A stretch of 61,951 nt of DNA, the filler included, from Basidiobolus ranarum (taxonomy: Eukaryota): the NCBI GenBank assembly GCA_040143965.1. It is 7 parts of 7 records of this genome, joined end to end, with 100 filler letters (N's around TTAATTAATTAA, not from the genome) between each part and the next. Parts side by side here need not be neighbours in the genome. Positions count along the whole stretch, not along the records: positions 17,766 to 26,538 come from JASJQH010007798.1; positions 26,639 to 35,400 come from JASJQH010007799.1; positions 35,501 to 44,257 come from JASJQH010007800.1; 4 more parts are not named here. One strand, 5' to 3'. Made by a program: the position numbers and the translations under genes. Under the pieces are notes generated by a model. It was not told where the DNA came from. It did no database searches and saw only the letters and a program-made list of their open reading frames with translations. Positions 25,090 through 38,814 of this stretch are shown here, piece by piece (the stretch's first letter is position 1; the number at the start of each line of letters is the position of its first letter).

Positions 25090-26100
25090 TCCACCAGTCT
25101 ACACCCAAGCAACTTCCTTCTCACAAAGATTCTTGCACGCACCTCCAGTCCTTATCCAGTTCCTTATTATCGTAAAAGTTGTTGTAGTTATAGTAGCAGT
25201 TACTATTCTAATGTCCATATCTCTTTTATGTTTGTACTTGTAGTAATTTTGTCTATTATTGTGATATCTGTATTAGCCAATGTCACAAAATTAGTAATAT
25301 CATCGTGAGCAGTAGTAGTCAATGTGGACCCAATTGTGACAGCTATTCTAATATCAATATGGATTTGGGTTTGAGTTGCTGTGCTTGTTATAGTAACTAC
25401 TGTTAATTCGTGCTCTTCTCTATAAGCTGTATCTGTCACTGTAGCTGTAGTTAGATCCAGGGCCATCAATATCAATAGTATTTGATCCGGCATTGTCAAT
25501 CTCGTTCTATTATCAGGACTTGAGTGCCATGTCACTCTACATTCCCCCAATACTTATGTAATCAACATAAACAGTAGATATAGCTCTAATAATCTCGATA
25601 GAATCTGTACTCACAGTTTGTGTAGTGAATTTGGTAAAGAATAGCTAAATCGAGATAATATATAACTCAATCAAAAATATGAACAAAATAGCAATCTGGC
25701 TTACACTGGTAGTTGAGGTGGATGTAGCTGTTATCACCTCGGTTTCGTCCACATCAACGCCAATATCAATCAAGTATTGTACTAATACTGGATCAGAATT
25801 CAATCTTACACTAAAAAAGAAGTTAATGAGACGAGATAAATTTGCACAACTAATCTCATTTCCATTGTTCAAATAGAAAATAAGCAGGGTAGTATCAATG
25901 TTGGTAGGATACTTCACTGGATCTGGTTGTGGATCTGGCATGGGCGTTGGTGCGGGTGCGGGTGAGGAAGAAGTGGTTTTACTATATGAGCTACCAGATA
26001 CTGAAGCACCTCTACTAGAGCTACTCAATGGTACAGATGAAGAAGAAGTACTACAACTGGAGCAACTGGATGGCACCAATGTGGAAGAGGTACTATGACT
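25090..26100 (-). pseudogene. Ser/Thr/Pro-rich (mucin or cell-surface-like) gene, apparently disrupted
   Basis: ORFs 25645-26079 (SSSCSTSSSS...PAPAPTPMPDPQPDP) and 25203-25550 (Thr-rich) are separated by stops and lie next to LTR debris. Confidence 0.45.
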
Positions 26101-26538
26101 AGAATTACTGCTTGTTCTGCACTATCACTCGAGGACAGATTCAATGCTGTTAATTTTTTTGCTTTACACTGTCACTAATGTATTCGAGTAACACCACATT
26201 CCTGGATTTCTTTTGCCATCTTCACGAATATATCAAGTATTGGGTTCTTTAAGGTTTTCTTATATGGGGTGTTACTTTTAGTCATACTGTATGGTCCAGT
26301 AAAATCCCTCATTTTTAGCTTAAACAACTCGATCAAGAGATTTTCAACAATTTAGAGTTAGAATGACTAGAAACAAAAATATCTGTGTATTGCCATTTTT
26401 CAATACAAAAGGGCAACTTGTAAAAACAGGTTACTTTGTATGCTATTTGAATACATGTAATAAACGTCATATTTGACTCTGCTTCTTGACTTTCTAAGGA
26501 TAGAACTCTTGTTTCTGTAAAATGTCTGAAGCTTGCAC

Positions 26539-26638
26539 NNNNNNNNNNNNNNNNNNNNNNNNNNNNNNNNNNNNNNNNNNNNTTAATTAATTAANNNNNN
26601 NNNNNNNNNNNNNNNNNNNNNNNNNNNNNNNNNNNNNN
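26539..26638. other. Artificial contig spacer
   Basis: N run with central TTAATTAATTAA. Confidence 0.98.
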
Positions 26639-28352
26639 AAATTCCAATATATGAAAATTGTTCTAATCTATACTTCGTGTAATGGTGAAAGCCGGGCTTT
26701 AAATACTTCTTTTTCCCCCCCCCCCGACTAAAACTGATGCTGCTGTGGCCAACAAGTATGCTTGGGATCACCACAGCCATACTTTCAGTGTCCAAAGTGA
26801 ATAAGCCATATGTAGAAGTAATCATAAATGTCTCATCTGGTACTAATTCCCAGTTTCGGCAGATATTTTTAGACTACATTGGGTGACCTAGGAGCTGAGC
26901 CTCTGTGGCAGAGTCTAGCTAATGATAGTCATCGGTGATGATATAATGGTCCGTTGAGGTTGATTTGAGTGGATATTTCTAGTGCATACAATTTGCTGAA
27001 TTGATTTTGGATGGATGGCGAAACAACACTAGTTTGGCTACGAATGATTGGCTGCGAGTTTGTCTTATTGAATCCTATTTCATTACTGCACTGACGTTTG
27101 ACCGCAATGTTCAATTAATTTTCATTTCGCCGGTCAAAACCAACTTAACGATAATTCTATTCTCGGACTCATTGGAAACAGCTTCAAAATGGGCCTTTCA
27201 CTGGTATGTGTCAAGTACCATAAGAAAGAGGATATGTCAGGGCAGCTTTACCCAGATTCGCGTCAGAAACAAGTGCTTTTATGTCCATCAGGAATAAGGC
27301 CAACCAAGCCAATGGACTGGTATTCTATGCCGATATTTGGCTAGCACAGTCTTTGATGTCTCAACATTTGTCTGCAAGATTTCCAGTTCCCCAACAAGCA
27401 AGAAGATCTATTTGCGATATTCGATAAATATCACCTGAAACAAGGCGACTCCAGTGAAGTCGTGAAAGTGGGGTATTGGTAGTAGTTTTCAATTAGCAAT
27501 AACCTAACCTCAGTTGAAACTTCACAGGTGTGGGTATGCCAATGCACAAGGAGGCTGTACCTTCTCCTTACATGGCCAATATACTGAAGCACATGTTGGA
27601 TTGACATTTATGGGACAGTTTCCTTGAATTTACCGGTCTAGTTATTAATAGGTGAAACGAAATATTGGTCTATTTTCATGTGCTGGGTTGGCTTGTCCCA
27701 GATTCAGTGAGTTGATAATGTCTGTGTACCACAAGTTAATTTGATGAAATAGCATTCAGATCACTACCGAATTTTGGTCAGGTCATTTACATAATTCTAA
27801 TCTCACTTTGTCCACTTTACTTCAATTTGGCAAAGATGCTTTTGATCTCGGTTCTAATGACAAGCTCATCTATACACTTAACAAAGTCACGGGGGTTACC
27901 AAGTCAGCGCACCCCGTTAAGTTATTTTGGCTATGAATAGAAGTAGAATGAGCTGACATTAACTTCTAATATTTCACTTGACCATAGCCTGATTTCTTCC
28001 AACAACGAATTCTCACATCTAGTCACTCTTAAGGAGTGGTTTGGGCTTCTTTTGACACAGCAAGACTTTGATTAATAAAAATTCTGAGCTATATTTCTTC
28101 TACCTATATAACCCACGTTTTTTAAAAGGACTTCGATTCTTGGGCAAAATCATACTGCATTCCTTCTTTTCTTCCATATTTTCTGTTGAATTGCACAACT
28201 ACATCCCTGGCCCTTACTGAATGGAACTTTGGCAGTAACTGACGAACTGCATATAGCGCAAGATAGGTTGCAAGGAGGAAGTCGTATTAAGTGAATAGAA
28301 CATTGAAATGATATTACAGGTACATGATACAATATTGGGTTAAATAAAAAAT

Positions 28353-30035
28353 TCAACTAGATTCCTCATCTCCATAGTCATTTAGTAGTGCTGATAGCAC
28401 ATTGCCTGAAATGAGATCAATATCAATAACTTGCATTAAGAAAGCACATAGCAAAAGAGGATATACCTGATGATGAATCTACTGTTGCTATGCTTGAGTC
28501 ATCGGTACCTTTCAAGCTAGTTTTCTTGATACGCACTATCGCTTTCTTTAGTGGTTTGGATTCTTCCTTGAATTTATCTTCTTTTCTCAAGAATGGGTCC
28601 ATCTTCAATTTCGTATTGAGGGCAAGAGTGGCACCAAGCTTACTCAATGGTGATTGGTTTTTTTTCACCTCTGAGGGTACTGTTTTCGAGAAAAGTGGCG
28701 ATGCTGATACCTCAAGTTTTCTGCGTTTGGCTTCCTCTAGTACTGGATCTTTAGGTACAACCCATCAGTTTACCATTAATAAAGGAGAAAACCACTAGAT
28801 AGTACCTGCAAAGTTGGTGAGTTTTGCTCCAATGATATCTTCTTGGGCCTCCTCTAATAGAGGGATCGATAATGAGTTTCGTTCACATATCTCATCTGCT
28901 TGACGTTTCTTCTCAGCCAAAAACTTTTTCTCTTCCTACGGGATTTATAGGATGTTGACATAGGAACCGGTCAAAGTAACAGCCAGGTAATATCCACTTA
29001 CTCTAAAGGTCTTACGAAGCCGTTGATTATGTGTATATTGATCTTCCCAGAGTTTATCATTCAAGTCCTAGTAAGAAATATGATGAATTTTCAAGGGTGA
29101 TAATGATCATCTATGAATCAGCAAGCATCACCTGTAACCTGGTCAGCAAGGTTTTGGATTCATCGGCTTTACGTTTATCTTCTACATCATGCTCCAGTTT
29201 GAATATCGCATTTTCTGAAAGCTTCTTAGCTTCATCCTCGTCTGTCGATGTATTCAAGCGATTATTCAATCATTAAATAACCTTCAAGAATCCTTTAAAA
29301 AATCCTCATTTACCTTTAAACTTTATAGTTTCATTTTCTTCCGGGTCCCATGTTTCTTCTTTTTGACGTGCACCACTGGTAACGACATATCTTGAATTCT
29401 ATTAAATATAAAAGTAAATAAAAGTTGGAAGTAAATTACACTTAAAGTAGATAGTATTTTTTAACTTACTTTAGGATCGGTTTGAATCTCAATCCAACCA
29501 CTACATAAGTGACATTTCATACGAAAACTTAAAATCGGCGTAGAATAGTAATTTCCAACTTTTTTCTTTTCAGCATTATAACGTACACCTTAAGTTTACG
29601 AAAAGTTTTTGTTTAAGAATAGATTAGGGTTAAGAGAAGGATTGAGGTGGAAAGGGAAATGTTACCTGCACCAACGTGTTTTCCACAACTTTCGCACCAT
29701 ATGTTAAAAGGAAGTTCAAATCTAGCGAGATATTGTATGAAAATTGGTTTCGAATCATAAGCTAGTCAAATCTTCTCTTTATTCCTCCCACTCTCACTCA
29801 ATTACTTCTTATTTCTCTCAATTTTAAACCATACCTAACTATTAAGATTCCTTGGTCGAGTTTACGAGCTCGCTCGCGTAGTGGATGTTGCCCTTGGTAT
29901 TTATTAATGGAACCCTGAATAAATAAAAAAAGGTTCAGAAATTCTGGACTAAGGTGAAGTAACTTTTACGTAGCTTACTTTACTAGGATCCCAATCGGGT
30001 GGGTAATATTTGTTGGTAGCTTTTCTATCAGACAT
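28353..30035 (-). CDS. CCDC130: CWC16/YJU2-family splicing factor (CCDC130/Saf4-like), about 10 exons
   Basis: Spliced: [104 protein letters not shown]...[11 protein letters not shown]; all introns GT-AG. Confidence 0.93.
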
Positions 30036-32310
30036 ATTTCGATAAGGAGATAGATAGGGTGGAGGTTTTGGGTTTTGGTTCTTGTTCTAGTTTTGGTTCG
30101 TTGGTTGGTAATAGTATATGTTCATATATTATTCATGGGTGAATATTTTTTTTGAAATTTCCATTATTTCATCCACTAAATTTAGTCTTGGAAAATTGAC
30201 ATTCTTTTCTATGGTTTTACTAAGCCACTAAAGCATAATTATAGTAATATGGTTCTTGTCCTTTGAGTCTCTGTGGATTTGATAGTGTAGATGATATTGA
30301 ACTTTTTACTTTGTTCAAAGTGTACATTCTCTATCGGGGCAAGAAAGTATATTTGGAGTAAAAGTAGACGGAGAAGGAGGAGGATAATTTAATAATTTCT
30401 CTGCACTAAAATATCCTAGTTTTGGAGAAATGTAACTCAAGGCCTATTCGATTCATTAGAGAAATACTTTTGGTTTACTTACCTCTTGTCCCGTCCTTAG
30501 TCACTAGTATGATGAGGAACAACTTCAAGTTATTGGTTCAACTTTCCGTAATACTTTTATGAGTATTACTACTACTACCTCAGTCAGTCGAAATCTTCCT
30601 CTTGGAAATATACGCGTAAGAACATATGCTATATATATACAGCCTAAATGTAGAAAGTATAATCAACTACGATAGGAGTATTCTCGCTTCCAAGGAGATG
30701 GTCATCAATCCAGTCCATTCCTTCAACTAAATAGTATTGGAGTCTAAGCATTTACAATTGCAGTATGTCCTATTCGTCTAGAGAAACTCAATAGATAGTA
30801 ATATCAAGGTCACGTTTTGAACATCCAAATACGTGGACATTTACTCCACCATTCAACCGATTTTATTTTACATTACAGTAGTCTTCAACTTTGGTAAACC
30901 CATGTTTTGAGCATTTAAGTATATGCACTTAAGAAATCGTCTCGATAATTGTGTGCTAGAATCTAATCTTTACACTTTTTCAGAAGTTTGGTTTATGTAA
31001 TAAATCTACTAACTATGCGAGATCTATAGAATAGGAGACGGAAATGCAGTAGTACATAGACGTCTAGGTAGTGACCCATCCGATATACATTAAACCACTA
31101 CAAACTAATAACCACTCTACAATCTCCAGTAGTTAGGGTTAGGGTTGGGCTAAACGCTAAATTCAATGCCATCGCATTACCTATAATACCTCATATCTCT
31201 TAAAATTGTTACATGATCGGTACGACATCTATACTATGACTGGATTCTGCTTTAGAATTGGAATACCACATGAATGAACGCTCTGTTCAATGTGATCGCA
31301 CACATTCATCTGATGTGGATGGAGTATTTGAGAACCTAACCCAAGTAGCAGAAGTCATCGCACTTGGGAACTGGCGATAACAACGACTGTTAAAAAAGTG
31401 GAGTAGATGGAAACAGCTCATTCTTGATGCTCAAAGGAGTATCTGAAAAGGCTAAAAGTGCTCGTGTTTGAACTTCAGTGTGATGGCGATACATCAGTGA
31501 TGTTTGTTCATATAGATCTTGGTACTCAGGCCACACACTTCAATCATACACTCCTCCTCTACCTCAGCAGTGTAGTAACCACACTCACATGGTTTAACTG
31601 TTCATTCGATGTCACATTTATCTTCTTAAAAAAACCATAGACATCCGGTTATGAATAGACACACAACACCAGTGACAATCCAATCGAACCATTTCATACT
31701 ACCACAAGCAGCGGTGTTACTCGATATTAATCCTTTAACTACCGTCTACATTTCTCTATTTGGGTTTGGATTCATACCTACTAACACTCAATAATGTTTC
31801 TAGCACTGAATAAAAAGATAAATCACGGTTATTGGTGCTGAATAGCAAAATCAACAAACAAGGGATCAGACAGCCCAATAAAATCTTATCACACGCTAAG
31901 ATTCGCGAAGAATGATTCGTTGTGACGGGTAGCTGTGTACATATACGACTGAGAACATCCAGGCCAGAGTATTTGGAAACGATCTGGGGATATATGCCAT
32001 TACAAGATAATCAATGCATAGATTAGATGAAGCCTTGAGAGTAAATGCCAAAACAAAAATCAATCACTCCACTATTCAGTCAGTATAAATCGGAACACGA
32101 TAATCAGATCAACTCCATATATCGTACCCATCCATAATATCCCATCTTCTCGTATGTGTCACAGTGACAGGGCCAGGAAGAATTAGAAGGTTAACTATTG
32201 ATATGGGTGGTTGTATTGGCTAGGGTTCGGTTAGGATAAAATTGGGGGGTGATATGCAAACTACTATTAAACCAGACGTCTCTCCCTTGAACTTCATCAG
32301 CTTCTCAAAC

Positions 32311-32769
32311 ATGTCTCTTCGTACTTTCTCTTCCTCTCTTTTCCGTAACTACACTGCCTCTGTTAGAGCTTCCCCTCTGTACAGAGCCGCGTACTACTCC
32401 ACCACAAAGAGGTACACTGATGATCATGAATGGGTTTCCATTGCTGATGGAGTTGGTACTGTTGGAATCACCGACTACGCCCAAAAGGCCTTGGGTGATG
32501 TTGTCTTCGTAGATATCCCTGAGTCTGGCTCTACTGTCGAAGCTCATGCCCAGATTGGCGCCGTTGAATCCGTCAAAGCTGCTTCTGACATCTACTCTCC
32601 TCTTGCTGGTGAGATCGTCGAATCCAATACCGCTTTGGAATCTGAACCCGGTTTGATCAACAGCTCTCCTGAAGACCAAGGATGGCTCTGCAAGATCAAA
32701 CTTGCTGATGTTTCGGAGTTCGATAGTTTAATGGATGAGGAGGCTTACAAGGCTCACTGCGAGCACTAA
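32311..32769 (+). CDS. GCV3: Glycine cleavage system H protein, mitochondrial
   Basis: YTDDHEW, VGITDYAQKALGDVVFV, lipoyl-lysine motif VESVKAASDIYSP; Arg/Ser-rich presequence from ATG 32311. Confidence 0.97.
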   Translation: MSLRTFSSSLFRNYTASVRASPLYRAAYYSTTKRYTDDHEWVSIADGVGTVGITDYAQKALGDVVFVDIPESGSTVEAHAQIGAVESVKAASDIYSPLAGEIVESNTALESEPGLINSSPEDQGWLCKIKLADVSEFDSLMDEEAYKAHCEH

Positions 32770-35400
32770 ACCTAAGTTTCTTTAGCTTCATAGTCGCATA
32801 TTCATTCATCTTTTTAAATAAAATCTACATCGTAAGAGGTTGCAAATGGAAGCATACAAGGTGATTTTCTTTTTGAAATGACTCAACCGCTAGTCATTTA
32901 CATACTTGAAACCATCATTCCATATTAAGACATCATGATTGGTATGCGTGTGGAAGATTGGCCAATCAGTCATGTTAGTATGAGTAGGTACCTATTTCGA
33001 TGATTATCTTCACCAAATGTTGCACGTACATCTGGAACAAATAGAAGGGTGGGAATGAATGGATCCAGAAGAACACGAGAAATCCCACCACACCAAACAA
33101 AACCTGGTATCGCGAAATTGAAAATTAGATGATCCGTTGTATTTGAAATTAGATCATTGATTTCCCATACTTAAGCCACACCAGGACCTGTGAAAAAACT
33201 GGACTGGTTATAGATAGTCGACATTTTGAAGGATCCTTTTTGATGGCAGATGTCACTTCCATTTCTTTGGTTATTGCTATTGTGCCAGTCATTCTCTTAC
33301 AGATAGGAAGGAAGAGGTGATTTTAAAAAATTCGGTTTTGATTTGACTGAAGCCAGATTGGAATGTGGGAAAGGTCACCAAATTTGCCACCCCCGACAAA
33401 CCGATTGTCACAAAGTGTCTCTTTGTACAGTGGCTTTTTTCCTTGTTACCAGATTGTATTTTGGATTTCTACAAAGAAACGGTCCTTTGTACATTGTCTA
33501 TGAGGTACTTATTTCTATTTGCTACCATATCTTTGATATCCCTTGAATCATTTAGAGCTTGAAATCTGTTGTGAAGTTCTAGGTTAAATTTGAAATGATC
33601 CAAGGTGAAATCAACTGGATTGGTCATGGTGACAACTCCGTTGTTCGTCTCCGATTCATTTCATAGCTTGATAGTCTACTTATTGCATATATCTCTGTTA
33701 ACATCAAGCACTGCCAATGAATTGAAAACGACATTCTGTATAGGCGGTTCTCCAAGTTAGTTTTGCGAGGCCCTTTGTGGTTCTCTTGAAAAAGCTCGTT
33801 AAAGCCATTTAAGGGGATTTAATTCCAATAGAGTATTCGATAAGGGTAGACCAGCTTTGGAGATCTTTGATGACATATATAACCGCATAGTTTGACTAAC
33901 AATGCTTCCTCTGAAACAGTTGCAGTACAAGGACATTTTTTGATGGTGGTGACAGAGTAAGAGGATCCATCAACAATATCATTCTCGGGAGAACATTTTC
34001 CTTTGGTTTTTATGGCACGCATTATAGTGGTTCTAGCACCATCGAACTTACTTTCTTGTAAAGTAATTTTCTTCTTTTACTCTTGAATGGTATAAAAATC
34101 AAAGTCATATATGTATGAAAAGAAGAAAGAAAGTAAAATCAACTAAAAAAGACCTTCCACTTCATATGAAATAAAACTCAATTTAAGGAGCTATTTCATT
34201 TGCAGCAATAACACTTGTCCACTTGAAATAGATTCTCATACATCACAAATATTCATTATTTTACAAAATCAATGTAATTCAAGTTAAACCACGATAGGAC
34301 GACAAGAACGTAGCAGTAAGACAATAGATATAATAATGTGAGCAATTACTTCATCGAAATTACTACCAACTTTTTGATGTCATTATGATCGATACAACGA
34401 AACCCAAAAACACCGTGGTGTCATAGCAGAGTTAGCTGAGATTGAAAATTGAACCTAGATTGTATTTTGGAACATACAACAAAGTAAAGTAATCCCTGAT
34501 ATCCCGACACCCACGGAGAGACCATCATAGATGGGACAGTGGTTCATCCATGAACGCTACTTACCAAAGTTAGCGTTCGAGTGAAGTAATTCTGACCATT
34601 CGATTCATGAATGTGATCGAGAATTGTGATGTATGGGCTTAGAATGTTCGATCGAAATTCATCTTGAGTAGATTATCCTACTATGTGCATCTAGGGCAAT
34701 CCATGCTGCAACCATGGCACTTGTTTTGAACTTTGGACTCAAAGGTGGTAATTTGTACTAGCAAATTCCATCATTTCAAATGAATCTCTATTGTTAGCTT
34801 ACATAATCTAATTTGGTCAACATGAATATTTATAATATTTCACATCCAAACAAATACATGAATCGTATTTTGGGAACGTTTAGGGTAAACGTTGGAATTG
34901 AAATATCCACGAAATGGAAATCTTCGTTCATATTTAGAATATGAGTGGGATTCGAGAAGGGTGTTCCATGCTACTACGTTCATCTCGTTGCTTCTGAATG
35001 TGGTCAGCTGGTAGTCGGTAAATTTGTGGAGGGGTTTCGCTAACTTGTGATTTAGTAACATCCATAATTATGAAGATCTCATCTGCAAAGGTGGGATTGA
35101 GACCTAAGCCTAGAATATACGCTTAGTGTAGTACAACTCAGTCTCCAGATGTTTACTTCGGATACTTGTCACTGACCATACTGTCTCGCCTAGGATCTCT
35201 GTCTTGGTAGCCTGCGAAGACTTCCTTCATGATATGAGATTGCTTATTTCAAGAGGTTGGGAGTCGAGTTAACTTTCAACAGTGTCAACAATTGGTCTAT
35301 GAATTCTGGCTAATATGAATTAGATTGTTCCGAGAGCTACTGATATAGGCGAATTACCCCATCACTTTTAGGGACAAGAAAACTCTCCCCAAATATACAA

Positions 35401-35500
35401 NNNNNNNNNNNNNNNNNNNNNNNNNNNNNNNNNNNNNNNNNNNNTTAATTAATTAANNNNNNNNNNNNNNNNNNNNNNNNNNNNNNNNNNNNNNNNNNNN
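35401..35500. other. Artificial contig spacer
   Basis: N run with central TTAATTAATTAA. Confidence 0.98.
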
Positions 35501-36060
35501 ATTTTCGTAAAGACAATTTTTGTAAAACACAATAACAAATATCTACCATCCATTTCCACTGTCACCTAAGCCATGAATGAAGACGGATGGATGCATCAGC
35601 GATTCCTGAATTGAGACCAAACTGTTCGTTCCTAATGATGCCTGGCAATCAGTATGCACATTAACTTTAGCTTGATTCATCGGTTATTGATCGTTTGTGA
35701 ATGTTCAGGTATTCGGAGATCACTTCTAGGTAGTGGACGGATGGGCCCTGGATGCGGTATCTAAATCCATTTCCTAATGAAGGAATTTAATTATTACAGT
35801 TTAATAACATGTGCAATAGACTGAATGTACCCGGCAAGTTACACATATTTAGTGCGTTGATGAACTCATTAAGCATTCAATTAATGTCCAATATCAGTCA
35901 CAATCCTTGTATTACCCTCATCTGTTTGGTTTCAACCTTGCTGTCGCTGTTGTATTAAACACGTTGTGTCGCTGATTACTTATTATTGGACTTCTCTCTG
36001 AATACAACGTTGTTCATTGCCTTCCAATACCCTTTAGACACTTCCATAATTCACCACAAT

Positions 36061-36933
36061 ATGTTGTCTGACAAAGGTACTCTTTCGGGATGCAGCGACT
36101 TGAATATCCTCTAACACGTATTCTTTTCTAAGGTCTTGTTACTAAAGCCTCCAACAGAACTGAGAGCTTGAAGTGTCAGCTACCACAAAAGCGAGACCCT
36201 TTCTCTACTAATGATAGTAATTATACACAAGACGTGTATCTCGATGCTAAAGCCAGCAATCTCAAGAAAACTTTTACTTCTCTATTCAGATCAGTCACAG
36301 GTAATGGTCCCATTTTCCTCGCATTTACCTGAGAAATCTATTAATACCTATCCCAGGTTACTTCAAGGCCCCACCAGCAAGATCAAGTAAAAAGATCCGT
36401 ATCTCTAGTCCCTCTGATTGTATCCACTTTGGTCATGCAGGCATAGATCCCAAAACTGGTGAATTTAACGTGAGTAAACTGCGGTTGATACGTTGTAGAT
36501 GAGGATTATTAACACTTCTGATCGTAGAGCTATGCAAATACGTTCAACGGTCCCTTGCCAGGAGATAACCTAGAGGCTATAATGCGTGTCCCCACAAAGC
36601 AAAGGCAAGAGTCATTCAAAGATCCTTGTTACAATGGCACTGCATTTCAGTCTACGAAGGCAGTAAATAATTTAGAAGCTAAGGTATTCACGTATCCATA
36701 TGGTAATTTTGATATTTGAACTTATAGAGTTCCACCATTTAGAAGCGTAGAGAAATATCTGCTCCTCTAGATCTCTTGCATATCACTCATGTTAGCATCT
36801 CGACTACTGGAGAATTTATTGTAAGTACAATCCTGTTGTTTTGACAGTGTGTACTCGAACTCATTGTATTTTTCCGCAGGGATTACCAAAAGATTGGCAG
36901 GCAGTTTTGAAGGAATCTTCCTTGAGGTGTTGA
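36061..36933 (+). CDS. Small protein with two PAK-type CRIB/PBD modules and no kinase domain (194 aa, 6 exons)
   Basis: Exons 36061-36076, 36133-36300, 36357-36469, 36528-36683, 36743-36820, 36880-36933 join in frame. Modules RISSPSDCIHFGHAGIDPKTGEFN and EISAPLDLLHITHVSISTTGEFIGLPKDWQAVLKES, then SLRC*. Confidence 0.82.
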
Positions 36934-38052
36934 GTAATATTGTTAGACGATTTTATGGGAACCACTATTTATACTAATAATGGTCAATCTGTTACTTCCT
37001 CATATATATCACATTGCCAACTAATTTATTCGACAAGAACTAAATCTTTAACTTTGGGTTTTCGCTCTTGTATATTTGATTCTGAACTCATCTAATGGGG
37101 TTTATGATCATCATTCCTTAGCATTCCTTGACATTGATTGAATAAAGGGTGCTATTAGGCGGTTGTAAAAATTCGCGAAGACACAAGATCCTTAGCATGT
37201 GGAAACTACGACTTGACCGGTATAAAAGTCTGATTAGTTGTAAGGAATATTCACTCGGGTTAGTTGGATAGAATCCAATTTTGGCTGGTATTTCCAGAAA
37301 TTTCTATCAGCAAATATATATATATATAGACCCAGTGCTTTCATCATAATTAGCGATATCCATCAAATCAGGCTAACCATCAGGCGATTTAAACCAATAT
37401 ATGATGGCTATGTTTATGACAGATGGACAGATTTCATATTCGCGGATACTGGTTGTTGGTATAGTACTCAGTATGGTACTATTAGTACTAGCTCCGCGAT
37501 ATAATGTGTATTCTTATTCTCACAAATAGGTTAGGATAATACTCACCTTTTTTGACTTTCTTGTCCTTGAGACATTAGTAGAAATACACCGCTTGTTATC
37601 CAGTCAGTAATACTAACTACTCTGACACAGTGAAGTTACTTTAAAACATTCAGTAATCCTTAGTACTGGTAGCAGTCCATTGAAATGGCATTTAGTCTTT
37701 AATAGAATAGGTCTGAACTGTTGGTTTATATAGATCTATTGTGACTAAATGTTCCAGGTATTGAAAAATATAGATCATTAGCCGACTTGGTATTTCCCAA
37801 ATGCGAATGCAGCTAATTATGTCCAAAAGTATTTTTGTAAATTGCACTCTGGTTATTGTGTTGAAAGTTGAGATGTTTGCAATAGCAAGATATAAAAAAA
37901 CGTTTTTATTACTCTGGCATGTCGAGTAAGACTTGAGATTTCATATTGTATCAGACTTTATTATCAAAATGAAATATTTGAGTGGATACAGGAATCTAAC
38001 TAACTAGAGCGTTTAAGAGTCACTGAATAGTTCTATGTTCAGATATTTGTGG

Positions 38053-38814
38053 TTATTCCTTCACTTCAGTTTCACTGGTAGCTGGTTGTAGGGCAGGATT
38101 TGCGGTATATTCCTGATTCCCTTCCTCCGCAGCATACACTCCAGAGTAATTAATGGCGTGCTCTTCTGCAATGACTACTTCGCGATAGCGCGCGATGTTA
38201 TATACAAAGGTTGATTGAAGTAAAAACTACAAGTGAATAGATTAATGGAGACCATGATTTCATATCAACTTCCAATTTGAACTTACTGCTATTATCGCTA
38301 ACACTCCGTTATACCATTCGTGGTTGATAAAAGCTAGAACCATTCCAACAAATTCGGCCAGCATCAAGATAACAGTCAGCACAAGATAAGTTAGTAACAT
38401 CCAGGATTTGTGCTACAGCGAAAACATCGGTGAGTACAAGATGCATTCAACGGTTAAGGGTGGGCCTACAAACCCTGATGATTCCCATAAAACCAAAGAT
38501 ACTGCTCCAGAAGGTAACAAAAAACGCAGCAAAAAGTAAATACAATCCTATCCGACCAGCTTGAAAAGTCGAAGCATTGGAGTCCGAACGAATATCGTTG
38601 TTATTTGCATTAAAAGAAGAGTTTGTTACGCCACCCCAATTCAGAGAAATCAGGACCAGAAATAGGAGACCAAGAAGCTACATGGTCCTGGTTAGTTAAC
38701 AGTCGAAGGCTAGAGAAATAGTACGCTGAAAAAGCTTACCAGCTCGAATCCGGTCAATATCAGGCATCCAATGCGAATATTGATGCAGCAGAGACAGGTT
38801 TCGTGTTTGCTCAT
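38053..38814 (-). CDS. Four-transmembrane protein (tetraspanin/LAPTM-like), 4 exons
   Basis: Spliced: MSKHETCLCCINIRIGCLILTGFEL|LLGLLFLVLISLNWG...WSSIFGFMGIIR|HKSWMLLTYLVLTVILMLAEFVGMVLAFINHEWYNGVLAIIA|FLLQSTFVYNIARYRE...TEVKE*. Confidence 0.8.

Noticed and set aside
32950-34022. Stop-riddled minus-strand reading with a Cys cluster (CLVCGDF...HPSICSRC)
   Set aside because: Possibly a decayed gene, but no coherent splice model or family could be supported.
36931-37095. TGT-TGA followed by about 50 open codons: possible selenocysteine or readthrough
   Set aside because: No SECIS-like hairpin recognised and the extension resembles no domain; an ordinary stop is simpler.
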